A DNA stretch of 64,000 bases from Bradymonadia bacterium (lineage in GTDB: Bacteria; Myxococcota_A; Bradymonadia; UBA7976; UBA1532), in assembly GCA_046290225.1 (NCBI GenBank), contig JBKAGE010000034.1, positions 256,001-320,000 of the forward strand. The letters are read 5' to 3'. Below the pieces are notes generated by a model, which had not been told where the DNA came from, made no database searches, and saw nothing but the letters and a program-made list of their open reading frames with translations. The translations under genes were made by a program, and so were the position numbers. This document shows, piece after piece, positions 17,066-25,698 of this stretch; the stretch's first letter is position 1, and each line of letters starts with the position of its first letter.

Positions 17066-18802
17066 ATGTCGAACCTGCTGAAAGCGTTCCTGAAGTACAC
17101 CGGCTACACGGTCTTCTTCCTGGCAGCCTTCGGGCTGTTCTTCTACCTGACCCTCCCCATGGACGAGGTGAAGTCGTACCTGGTACGCGCCGCCTCCGAC
17201 AATCTGAACCTCGAGCTGGAGATCGACGATCTACAGCTCGCGGGCATCTCCACGGTGAAGGCCTCGGGGGTGGTGCTCACCCCCCGCCCCACGCCGGAAG
17301 AGCTCGCGGAGATGGAAGCGGCCATCAAGGCCCGCAAGGAGGCCAAGGCCCGCATTAAGGCACAAGAAGAGGCCGGCGACGCACCGGAGCCTGCAGCGCC
17401 GGCCCCAGCGCCCGCTGTCCCCCCTGATCCGGCAGCCCTCGTTGACCCCGCCGTGCTTGCTGATCCAGCGGCGATGGCGGATCCGGCGGCACTGGCCGAT
17501 CCGGCGGCGCTGGCCGATCCGGCAGCCCTTGCAGATCCTGCAGCCCCGCCTCCCCCTGGCCCCACCCGGGCCCGGATGAAGAAGGGCAAAGCCGCTCGGG
17601 GCAAGAAGGCCAAGAAGGCCAAGAAGATCGAGCTGCCCCCTCTCCCAGCGGGCCCACAGCCCCTGGAGATCACCGAGCTCGAGGTGAACCTTGAGGCCAT
17701 GGCGGCCATCAAGGGAGAGTTTCGGGGCTCGCTGTCTTCAGAGCTGATGGACGGCACCCTGGCGGGCACCTTCGATCATGGCGCCGAAGCGCTGGTCGTA
17801 GATGTCGAAGCCGACAGCCTTGATCTCAGCCAGCTCACGTTTCTCAAGGGCATGCTGCCCATCCCTGTGAAGGGGGTGCTCAGCCTCACCGCCGAAGGTG
17901 ACGTGGCCCGGAACACGAAGGGTGCCTTCCGCCTCGCCACCATCAACGGCAACGCAGAGCTGGACGCGGTCCGCATCAGCGCGGGCCCGGGGATGATCCC
18001 CACGCAGAAGATGGGGAACGTCGAGATCCCCGTGGTGCGCATCGATCGCCTCGGGGGCACCATCGATTTCAGCCAGAAGAAGGCGACGTTCAAGAACGTG
18101 ACCTTCTCGGGCAAGGACATCGAAGGTGAGATCACCGGCTACATCACACTGCACGACAAGATGGAGCGATGGCGCCCGAACTTCCACGTCAGCTTCAAGT
18201 TCTCGAAGGAGTTCCTGGCGAACAACGCCGCGGTGAAGTTCATCATCGAGTCTCGCGACGTGAAGCGGGCGGTGAACACCGACGGCTTCGTGGGCTACAT
18301 GCTCCGTGGCGGCTGGTCGGCGAAGAACTTCCAGCCCCGCCGCGAGAGCCCCTTCAAGAAGAAGTCCCGAGCCAAGAAGCGCGGCGCCGACAAGAAGAAG
18401 AACAAGTCTGCCTCGAAGCGGAAGAACCGCCGCAACAGCAAGAAAGGCACGTCGCTCGCGAACAAAGACAAAGATGATCGCAAGCGCCGCAACCGCCGCC
18501 GCGTCTCTGCCCGCCCACCCAAGGATGACACGACGGCTTCTCGTCGCCCCAAGCCCCTCGGCCGCCCTCAACCTGCAGATCCTGATACTGAAGACGAGGA
18601 GGACGAGGAAGACGAAGAGGATGAAGAGGACGAAGAGGACGAGCCCGACGAGCCCGATACTGAAGAGCCCACCACTGACGAGCCCAACGGGGACGAGCCC
18701 ACTGAGGGCAGTCCGAACGACGATCTGCCTCAGGACGGCGCCGGTGGGGGTGGCCCTGATGACAACGGCGGCGGGCCGGGGCCCAACGACGACTTGCCTT
18801 GA
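17066..18802 (+). CDS. gspN: GspN-like protein with low-complexity insertions
   Basis: N-terminal TM (FGLFFYLTLP), beta-rich AsmA/GspN-like body, last gene of the cluster. Carries DPAALA repeats and basic and acidic tails. Confidence 0.75.
   Translation: MSNLLKAFLKYTGYTVFFLAAFGLFFYLTLPMDEVKSYLVRAASDNLNLELEIDDLQLAGISTVKASGVVLTPRPTPEELAEMEAAIKARKEAKARIKAQEEAGDAPEPAAPAPAPAVPPDPAALVDPAVLADPAAMADPAALADPAALADPAALADPAAPPPPGPTRARMKKGKAARGKKAKKAKKIELPPLPAGPQPLEITELEVNLEAMAAIKGEFRGSLSSELMDGTLAGTFDHGAEALVVDVEADSLDLSQLTFLKGMLPIPVKGVLSLTAEGDVARNTKGAFRLATINGNAELDAVRISAGPGMIPTQKMGNVEIPVVRIDRLGGTIDFSQKKATFKNVTFSGKDIEGEITGYITLHDKMERWRPNFHVSFKFSKEFLANNAAVKFIIESRDVKRAVNTDGFVGYMLRGGWSAKNFQPRRESPFKKKSRAKKRGADKKKNKSASKRKNRRNSKKGTSLANKDKDDRKRRNRRRVSARPPKDDTTASRRPKPLGRPQPADPDTEDEEDEEDEEDEEDEEDEPDEPDTEEPTTDEPNGDEPTEGSPNDDLPQDGAGGGGPDDNGGGPGPNDDLP
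17426..17545 (+). repeat. 18-bp tandem repeat encoding DPAALA-type units (6 full, 1 partial)
   Basis: DPAALV DPAVLA DPAAMA DPAALA DPAALA DPAALA DPAA within gspN. Confidence 0.9.
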
Positions 18803-18866
18803 GAGCGGACGGCGCGCTTTGGCACCGCGGAGCTACAGGCGGTGCCAAAGGCACGGCCGTCCGCTC
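18803..18866. terminator. Long inverted repeat between convergent gspN and slt
   Basis: GAGCGGACGGC/GCCGTCCGCTC (11 bp) encloses CTTTGGCACCGC/GCGGTGCCAAAG (12 bp). No U-tract. Confidence 0.55.
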
Positions 18867-21579
18867 AGAAGTTGATATTATCCCGAAAGTTCGGATCGAG
18901 CTGCTGGCCCACCTCGAACCTGATCTCCCGATCGTAAATCCGGCGGTACAACGCGAGGTACTGAAGCACTCGCTTGGTGTACCTGCGCGTCTCCGGATAC
19001 GGGATCTCTTCGACGAACTCGTCCATGTTGATGTGGCCCTTCGCCTTGAGCCACGCTGCCACCCGGTGGGGCCCGGCGTTGTAGCTGGCGATGGCCAGGG
19101 GCAGCTGCCCGTTGAACTTGGTGAGCAGCTGGTTGAAGTACCAGCCACCGAGCTCCAGGGCCACCTCGGGCTCGAGCAACATGGCCGGGCCGAAATTGCG
19201 CATGCCCATGCGATCCGCCACCAGACGCCCCGTGAAGGGCATCACCTGCATCAGGCCTCTGGCACCAGCGTGACTGATCGCCAGGGGGTTGTAGGCCGAC
19301 TCCACGGTCATCAGGGACCACAGGAAGTACGGATCGAGGCCGTAGCGGGCGGCGGTGTGCTCCACGATGGGGCGGAACGCCTGACGGAACATGTTGGCCC
19401 AGGCGGGGTTGTGCTCCTCTGACTCTGGAAGCCCCACCAGGGTGCCCTTCTTGTTGAAGTAGCGTCGGGCGTAGTAGGCGTCACCAATGCACTGGATATA
19501 GGCCGAGCGCATCATCCCGTAGATGGGGCTGCTCAGCAGCTTGGCGAGGGCCTGGCCCCTGCGGGCATCCGCAGCGGGTCGGGGTGTATCGCTGAGATCA
19601 CGACCCCACTCACCGAGGGTGACGTCCCGTCGGCGATCAGCATAGGGCTCTGGACGCCAGGCCCAGCGCTTGGCGCTGCGTCGCTTGCGGCGATACTTGC
19701 GAAAGTCTGCCAGCTCGTCGCTCACCCGGTGCAGCGCCCCTCTGGCGGCCCAGAGCTCCCCCGTGAGCACCAGCTGGTGGGCCCGTTGCAAGTCGGGCAA
19801 CACCCCCCCGTACCGACGAATCAGCCGCTCGAAGGCCGTGAGGCCCTCTTCCGTGGGCAGATGGGTCGAGCCTGGGGGCGGGGCCTCCACGAGCACAGGG
19901 GCGAGCAGCGGGCCATCGTCGATCTCGGGCTGTGAGGTTGCCCGTGCCTGAGCGAGGGTCTGTTGCTGGCAATCGTCGTCATCTTCGCGGCACGTGGGCG
20001 CTGCCGGGATGTCGTCACTCGTACCGCCGCCATCAGGATCGACGTCGCCTGTGGCAAGGGGGCCTTCTGCGGGGCTCATGCCCAGCTCGGCGAGGCGGGC
20101 CCGTGACTGATAGGCATAGTACGACACGGGGGTGGACGCGATGACCTCGCGGTAGGCCTCCGCCGCGGTGTCCACCTCACCGGCCTGGGCCATGGCCCGG
20201 CCATACCAGTAAGTGAACTTTTCCGGCCAGCGGGTGCCCGATCGCAGCTGCGCGAAGGTGTCGGCGGCTTCGAGATACTCACCGAGCTGGAAGCTGCTCC
20301 AGGCCCTGAGCCAGCGGGTCCCGCCGCTGAACTCTCCCCCTCGGCGGCTCAGCAAGGCGAAGTGCTCTCTGGCCTTCATGTACTCGGCCGCGTTGAAGTA
20401 GAGCCAGGCCACGTCTTCGAGCAGCTCGCTCGGCAGGCGCTCGGGGTTGCCCGCAGAGGCCTTGAGGGCAGCCACAGCCTCTTTGGTCTTGCCCATCTTC
20501 TCGAGCACATAGCTCTGCCAGCGCAGCGACTGTCGACGGTGACCCTCGATGGTGGCGCTCTGCCCCCAGGCCTTGAAGGCCGCCAGGGCGTCATCGTAGC
20601 GCTCCATCTGGTAGAGCGTTCGGGCCATCTGATAGCGGGCCTTGCGCTTAAGGGCGGACTTGGCCTTGGGGTGCTCAGCGACCTCGCCGAGCACCTTCAA
20701 GGCCCGCTCGAAGAACTTCTGGCGTCGAAGCTTGTAGCCCACCTCGTACAGCGTGTCTGGGCTCGCCGCGGGCACCGAGATGCCCTGGGCCTCGAGGGCC
20801 TCAAGCGATCGACGGGCCACGAGGGCCAGCGGATCGCCTGGGTGCTGACGCACGACCTGACTGAGCACTCCGGCCACCTTGCTCAGCCGACCGCGGGCGC
20901 GCTCTCCTTCGGCGATGGCCATGAGCGCAGCGGCCTGATGGGGGTACTCCGGGTAAGTGTCGAGCAGGCTTCGCAGCCGACGGATCCCTTCGCGGTGCTT
21001 CCCTTGGCCCAGCAGACAGTCAGCGACGCGAAAGCGCGCCCGGTGGGCCCACTGGGAGGCCGAGTTCACCTTGATCAGCTTCTCAAAGAGCTTCTCTGCG
21101 GCGCCATATCGCCCCTGGTGAAATGTGCTCTCGGCCTCGAAGAAGCGCAAGCGATCGGCAAAGGCGGGTTTGAGCGCAGCAGCCGCCTTGAGATCAGCCA
21201 CAGCGAGGGCATATCGCCCGAGGCGGTACCGCGCCATGCCCCGAACAGCCCTCAGCAACGCGTAGTCGGCGCTCCCCTTCTTCACCCCTGCCAGCGCCTG
21301 AGTGGCCTTCTGCTCTGCTGTCAGGGGCTCACCTGCGGAGCGACCCACCTCGGCCACCAGCGGGCTGAATTTGGGGTACTTCACCACCCCCGGCCACTGT
21401 GCGTCGGTGATCTGGCCTTCGAGCGCGGGCCGGGCAGACTGTCGTTGATTGGGCGCCTTGCGGGCAGGCGACGTAGAGTCTCCATCGGCATGAGCCGGTA
21501 CGGACTGGGTCGACCATGCCGTGATCACGAGGATCAGGGAGATGCTCAAACGGGCGAGATCGTGGGGTGTGCGGATCAC
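18865..21579 (-). CDS. slt: Soluble lytic transglycosylase (Slt family) with TPR repeats
   Basis: Signal peptide (AHA-D), TPR array, catalytic TVES, GLMQ, SYNAG, EEIPYPETRRY. RBS GAGGAG before GTG 21579. Confidence 0.9.
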   Translation of the reverse strand: MIRTPHDLARLSISLILVITAWSTQSVPAHADGDSTSPARKAPNQRQSARPALEGQITDAQWPGVVKYPKFSPLVAEVGRSAGEPLTAEQKATQALAGVKKGSADYALLRAVRGMARYRLGRYALAVADLKAAAALKPAFADRLRFFEAESTFHQGRYGAAEKLFEKLIKVNSASQWAHRARFRVADCLLGQGKHREGIRRLRSLLDTYPEYPHQAAALMAIAEGERARGRLSKVAGVLSQVVRQHPGDPLALVARRSLEALEAQGISVPAASPDTLYEVGYKLRRQKFFERALKVLGEVAEHPKAKSALKRKARYQMARTLYQMERYDDALAAFKAWGQSATIEGHRRQSLRWQSYVLEKMGKTKEAVAALKASAGNPERLPSELLEDVAWLYFNAAEYMKAREHFALLSRRGGEFSGGTRWLRAWSSFQLGEYLEAADTFAQLRSGTRWPEKFTYWYGRAMAQAGEVDTAAEAYREVIASTPVSYYAYQSRARLAELGMSPAEGPLATGDVDPDGGGTSDDIPAAPTCREDDDDCQQQTLAQARATSQPEIDDGPLLAPVLVEAPPPGSTHLPTEEGLTAFERLIRRYGGVLPDLQRAHQLVLTGELWAARGALHRVSDELADFRKYRRKRRSAKRWAWRPEPYADRRRDVTLGEWGRDLSDTPRPAADARRGQALAKLLSSPIYGMMRSAYIQCIGDAYYARRYFNKKGTLVGLPESEEHNPAWANMFRQAFRPIVEHTAARYGLDPYFLWSLMTVESAYNPLAISHAGARGLMQVMPFTGRLVADRMGMRNFGPAMLLEPEVALELGGWYFNQLLTKFNGQLPLAIASYNAGPHRVAAWLKAKGHINMDEFVEEIPYPETRRYTKRVLQYLALYRRIYDREIRFEVGQQLDPNFRDNINF

Positions 21580-21637
21580 CAAATCTCCTCAGAGTGTGCC
21601 GCTGGTCACAGGTAGAAAAGCGCGGCATCTCTCTGAA

Positions 21638-21814
21638 TCAGATCAGATCATCGCCCTCGTCGTCCAGTCCAGCGCCGATCAAGTCGCTCTGGCCGGCCTT
21701 GATGCCCGCCTTTCGGCCAAAGATGAAGCCGATGATGCCGCCCACGAGCAGGATGAACGGGATGTAGACAATGTGCGTCGGGGTCGGGGTACCAAAGAAC
21801 TCCACTTCACCCAT
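21638..21814 (-). CDS. Small membrane protein (58 aa) at the end of the ccm operon, absent from the ORF track
   Basis: My translation: MGEVEFFGTPTPTHIVYIPFILLVGGIIGFIFGRKAGIKAGQSDLIGAGLDDEGDDLI. TGATG overlap with the upstream gene, RBS GGAGG, typical GC3 codons. Confidence 0.75.
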   Translation of the reverse strand: MGEVEFFGTPTPTHIVYIPFILLVGGIIGFIFGRKAGIKAGQSDLIGAGLDDEGDDLI

Positions 21815-22203
21815 CACACACCTCCTTCATCGTCGAGCGCGTTGAGGCGCTTGCGCAAATCATTCAGCTCCTGGGCGGTGCTCTGCTGCTTGCTCCAGGT
21901 GCGCCAGATGAAGCCGAAGACCAGAATCCAGATGGCGGCGTAGGCGATCCAGAGGTTGCGGTACTTCATGTCTTCGTTCGAAGACGTGCCCTTGAAGCTC
22001 GCAGGCTTCGTGTAGCCATCGCCGGCGGCCTGCCCCGAGGCAGAACCCTCCGCAGAACCCTCTGACGTGGCTGCAGCAGCGGGCGTATCCTGGGCCCACG
22101 CCTGCCCCACGGGGGCCATCAGCCCCAGGGCCATGGTGAGGACGATGCCTCGGAGAGAGAGGCTCCACAGGTGGGAAGACTGTGCGCGACGCTTGATCAT
22201 CAA
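21814..22203 (-). CDS. ccmD: CcmD-family protein with N-terminal signal-peptide extension
   Basis: Follows ccmC. C-terminal LWIAYAAIWILVFGFIW TM plus a coiled-coil tail. N-terminal AWA-Q signal peptide. Confidence 0.7.
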   Translation of the reverse strand: MMIKRRAQSSHLWSLSLRGIVLTMALGLMAPVGQAWAQDTPAAAATSEGSAEGSASGQAAGDGYTKPASFKGTSSNEDMKYRNLWIAYAAIWILVFGFIWRTWSKQQSTAQELNDLRKRLNALDDEGGV

Positions 22204-22886
22204 AACACCCCAGCGCGGGCCAGACGGCGCCGCATGGCCTTTATCATGCGCTCATCGACGAGGGCCTTATACCTCAAGCGCAGCAGCAATCCGAACAAGA
22301 GCAACAGGGCCGGCAGCGCCACCCCGTAGAGGGTCATACGCATGTCGGGGCTGATGCCCCCGCCGCCGTTGATGTTGAGCACCTGGGGGTGGTTCCCCCG
22401 CCACATCTTCACCGCGAAGTGCACGAAGAAGATGTTCGGCGCCCCGAAGACCCCGAGCACGGAAGCGAAACGCCGCACGCCGTCACCGGAGCCGCCGAAG
22501 GTGCGGAGCATCCAGTAGGCGGCGAAGATGACCACCATGAGGGCCATGCTGGTGAGGCGGGGCTCCCACTTCCAGTACACCCCCCACACCGGGCGCGCCC
22601 AGAGTGGGCCCGTCACCAACACGATGAGGCCGAAGAGCAGGCCCACCTCTGCAGAGGCCAGAGCGAAGGCGTCGGCCCGGGTGCTGCGCTTCCACAGGTA
22701 GCCCAGGCTGCCTCCGGCGCACAGGATGAAGCCCAGGTAGCACAGCCACGCGCTGCTCACATGGAAGTAGAAGATCTTCTGAATCACCCCCATCGAAGTC
22801 TCCATGGGGGCGACGTTGAACACGAAGTACACCGCCGTGGCAACGGCCAGAGCGCACAGCGCCGTGAGGGCCGGGAATATCTTCAC
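22200..22886 (-). CDS. ccmC: Heme exporter CcmC
   Basis: IFYFHV, TGPLWARPVWGVYWKWEPRLT (WWD domain), second His in FFVHF. Confidence 0.93.
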   Translation of the reverse strand: MKIFPALTALCALAVATAVYFVFNVAPMETSMGVIQKIFYFHVSSAWLCYLGFILCAGGSLGYLWKRSTRADAFALASAEVGLLFGLIVLVTGPLWARPVWGVYWKWEPRLTSMALMVVIFAAYWMLRTFGGSGDGVRRFASVLGVFGAPNIFFVHFAVKMWRGNHPQVLNINGGGGISPDMRMTLYGVALPALLLLFGLLLRLRYKALVDERMIKAMRRRLARAGVF

Positions 22887-23566
22887 TCGATCACCATCCT
22901 CTCGAACAGATAGAGACCGCCGACACCATAGAGGGTGTCGAAGGCGAGGTTCAGCTTCAGCCAGGGGTACGGATCGCTCTCGATGGTGGTGCCCAGCAGG
23001 GCCCCAGTGCCGGCGACCCCCGCAATGAGAACCGGAGAAACCAGGGGGAACACCACCATGGGCAACAACACCTCGGCGAAGCGGGCATTGGTGGCCATCA
23101 CCGCCAGGGGCGTACCCACCACAGCGAAGCCCAGGGCGCCGAGGAGAATCTGTAGCGACAACAAGGCCGCGTGCTCAGTCAGATCGACCTGGAGCAGCAC
23201 CGCGAGCAGTGGGACCACGATGATCATGACGATGAGGATGATCACCAGATTGGTGAGCATCTTCGCCAACAAGATCGCCCCCCGCTCTGCGGGAGACAGG
23301 ATCAGCGCCGTGAAGGCGCCGTCGAGTTGCTCCCGGGCGAAGGTACGCCCCATACCCAGGGTGCCCACGAAGAGCACATTGGCCCAGAGCACACCGGGGA
23401 ACACCTTGGCGTTGGTCTGCGGATCAGACGCGAAGCCAAAGGCGAAGACCAAGGTCATGACGATGCTGAAGAGGAACATCATCGCCAGGGTCTGCTTCGA
23501 TCGCAGCTCGGTGCGCAGATCTTTGGCGAGCACCAGCAACACGGTGGCGGTATAGCCCACGTTCAC
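22883..23566 (-). CDS. ccmB: Heme exporter permease CcmB
   Basis: KDLRTELRSK, PGVLW, FAREQLDG, LLPMVVFPL, about 6 TM. Confidence 0.92.
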   Translation of the reverse strand: MNVGYTATVLLVLAKDLRTELRSKQTLAMMFLFSIVMTLVFAFGFASDPQTNAKVFPGVLWANVLFVGTLGMGRTFAREQLDGAFTALILSPAERGAILLAKMLTNLVIILIVMIIVVPLLAVLLQVDLTEHAALLSLQILLGALGFAVVGTPLAVMATNARFAEVLLPMVVFPLVSPVLIAGVAGTGALLGTTIESDPYPWLKLNLAFDTLYGVGGLYLFERMVIE

Positions 23567-23569
23567 CTC

Positions 23570-24352
23570 TCAGGCCTCCCCTGCAGCAGGCCGAAGGCGG
23601 CCTCTCTTGCGACGAGGCGGCGGGGTGTCGATGCAGCGATGGTAGAGCGCCGTGAGCCCTTCTTCGCCGATGGGGCCGTGATGGACCACGCGACCCTTCC
23701 GCAAGATCAGAGCCCGCGTTGCCAAGCTCTCCGTCGCCACCAGATCGTGACTGCACAGCGCGAGGATGGCCCCAGCCTCGGCTTCGCCCCTGAGCAGCTC
23801 GATGGCGGCCTTCACGCCGTCTCGATCGAGGCCGGTGAAGGGCTCGTCCAGCAGCAACAGGCGTGGGCGATGCATGAGGGCCCTGGCGATGGAGAGCCGC
23901 TGGGCCATGCCGCGACTGAACCCCGCCACTGGGCGATCCATGTCCAGGGCGAGGCCCACACGCTCCAGCCACTCGGGCACGGCCTTCTCGAGATCGGAGA
24001 CGCCACAGATTCGACCGAAGAACACCAGGTTCTCCCGGGCGGTGAGATCCCGATAGAGCATGGTCTGGTGACCCACGTACCCGATGGCCGCTCGAAGATG
24101 AGGCGGGGTGATGCCGGAGATGGCTTCGTCGCCAAAGACGATCTCGCCTTCAGAGGGCCGCGCTCGGGTGGACAGCAGGCTCATCAGGGTGGACTTCCCC
24201 GCGCCGTTGGGCCCCAGGAGCGCCGTGGTCACCCCAGCAGGCAGCTCCGCGGAGACATCGACGAGGGCATAGTGCTCGTCGAACGCCTTGCTCACCCTGG
24301 AGATCGCCACCTGTTCAAAGGCGCCGCTGCGCCCTGGCCTCTGTCCGCTCAC
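23570..24352 (-). CDS. ccmA: Heme ABC exporter ATPase CcmA
   Basis: GPNGAGKST, YVGHQTMLY, FSRGMAQRL, LLLDEPFTGLD. Adjacent to ccmB. Confidence 0.92.
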   Translation of the reverse strand: MSGQRPGRSGAFEQVAISRVSKAFDEHYALVDVSAELPAGVTTALLGPNGAGKSTLMSLLSTRARPSEGEIVFGDEAISGITPPHLRAAIGYVGHQTMLYRDLTARENLVFFGRICGVSDLEKAVPEWLERVGLALDMDRPVAGFSRGMAQRLSIARALMHRPRLLLLDEPFTGLDRDGVKAAIELLRGEAEAGAILALCSHDLVATESLATRALILRKGRVVHHGPIGEEGLTALYHRCIDTPPPRRKRGRLRPAAGEA

Positions 24353-25698
24353 CGGCCATCCAGGCGATCGAGGGCCTTGTAGAGCGACACGAGCCGGGCG
24401 GTGATGGCCTCCTGCTCACGCTCGAAGCGCGCCTGGGAGATGCGCCCCTTCTGCGCCGCCTTGCGCATGCGGGCCAGGGCCCGGAGCAGGCGATCGCGCT
24501 CAGTCTCCAGGTGGGCCCGGGACAGCCGCGTGGTGTCGCCGAGATCTTTGGGGCGCTGGAAGCCAAAGAGCACCAGCAAGGCCAGGCCCCCGATGCTGCT
24601 GAGCATGAGGGTGACGTTGAGGTAGTCCTTCGTGGGCACCCCGGTGATGGCGAACTGGAAGGGCTGATCCGCCTCGAGCATGGCCTCCTGGGCGGAGAGC
24701 TCCCAGAAGCGCTTGCCGCTGCCCATGGTCACGGGGTTGATGGCGCCGATGCCCCGCGTGTCGAGGCCCAGAGGCACGCTGGTCCGCTGACGGGCCTTCT
24801 TGCCCTCCCACTTGTCCCGCCACACGAGGGCGTAGCCGCCAACGGTGCGGATGGGGGCGGACATGGACCATTCGAAGGTGTCGGCCATGCCATAGGGCAC
24901 GGTGTAGTACATGACGAACTGAGCGGCGCCGTCTTCCCCGGGCATCACCGCCCCCTTGAACCAGATCGAGGTGCCCAGGGCTTCGATCATGCGGGCAGGA
25001 GGCTTGTTGCCGTCAGGTCCGTGGACCTCAGGGTGCTTGGCCCCCTCGGGCACCACCAGACGCAGGCCGCCGGCGGGCAGGTTGCCCAGGTTGACCACCT
25101 TGCGCCCACCGTTCATGAGGCTCACGCGGTGGGAGATGAGCAGAGCGTCTTCGAGAGGCTTCACCTCGACGAAGGCGTGCCGCAAGAACAGCTTGGAGGT
25201 GTCGTCGGTGACCTCGGTGAGGGTGACCTCGAGGGCGCCTCCCTCCCCCGCCTGAGGCAGGAGTTTGGTCATGAACGGGAACCGCACCCCGTTGTAGTCC
25301 ACCTGCACCTTGTAGCTGATGAACTGCTGCACCTTGGGGTTGGTGGGGATCCCCTGGAAGGTGACCTTCCCACCCTCTTTGGTGGTGTCGAAGTAGTCTT
25401 TGACCTTGCTGCCCTGGGCCAGAATGGTCACGGAGACCGGCAAGCCTGGGGGCGCCGGCACACGCTGCCCCTCCACATCGATGTAGGCCTCGACGGTGAG
25501 AGGCTGACGCTTCATGGCCCGCAAGAAAGGCGGCAGACCGCTGGCATCCGTCGCCACGTCTTCGATTTTGGGGGTGGGATACTGAGCCGCAGCGGTCCCC
25601 GCCAGCAATGCGCTGAAGCCGAGGGCTGCGACGCACACGCCCAGAGCGCTGCGCAGTCGAGGAGAGCTGAGCCTGGTCTGGAGGCTGAAGATGTTCAT
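24349..25698 (-). CDS. Periplasmic beta-rich protein with C-terminal TM and coiled coil (ccm-associated)
   Basis: Likely start ATG 25698 (RBS GGAGG, overlapping the upstream stop). Signal peptide ending AAA-Q, C-terminal TM, then ERDRLLRALARM helix. Confidence 0.75.
   Translation of the reverse strand: MNIFSLQTRLSSPRLRSALGVCVAALGFSALLAGTAAAQYPTPKIEDVATDASGLPPFLRAMKRQPLTVEAYIDVEGQRVPAPPGLPVSVTILAQGSKVKDYFDTTKEGGKVTFQGIPTNPKVQQFISYKVQVDYNGVRFPFMTKLLPQAGEGGALEVTLTEVTDDTSKLFLRHAFVEVKPLEDALLISHRVSLMNGGRKVVNLGNLPAGGLRLVVPEGAKHPEVHGPDGNKPPARMIEALGTSIWFKGAVMPGEDGAAQFVMYYTVPYGMADTFEWSMSAPIRTVGGYALVWRDKWEGKKARQRTSVPLGLDTRGIGAINPVTMGSGKRFWELSAQEAMLEADQPFQFAITGVPTKDYLNVTLMLSSIGGLALLVLFGFQRPKDLGDTTRLSRAHLETERDRLLRALARMRKAAQKGRISQARFEREQEAITARLVSLYKALDRLDGR

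Noticed and set aside
17426..17545. Tandem repeats here and at 56768-56869 considered as CRISPR-like arrays
   Set aside because: They are in-frame coding repeats with no spacers, and there are no cas genes.
21521..21943. Plus-strand 140-aa ORF
   Set aside because: It is antisense to the coupled ccmD and 58-aa genes and to the slt start, which fit better.
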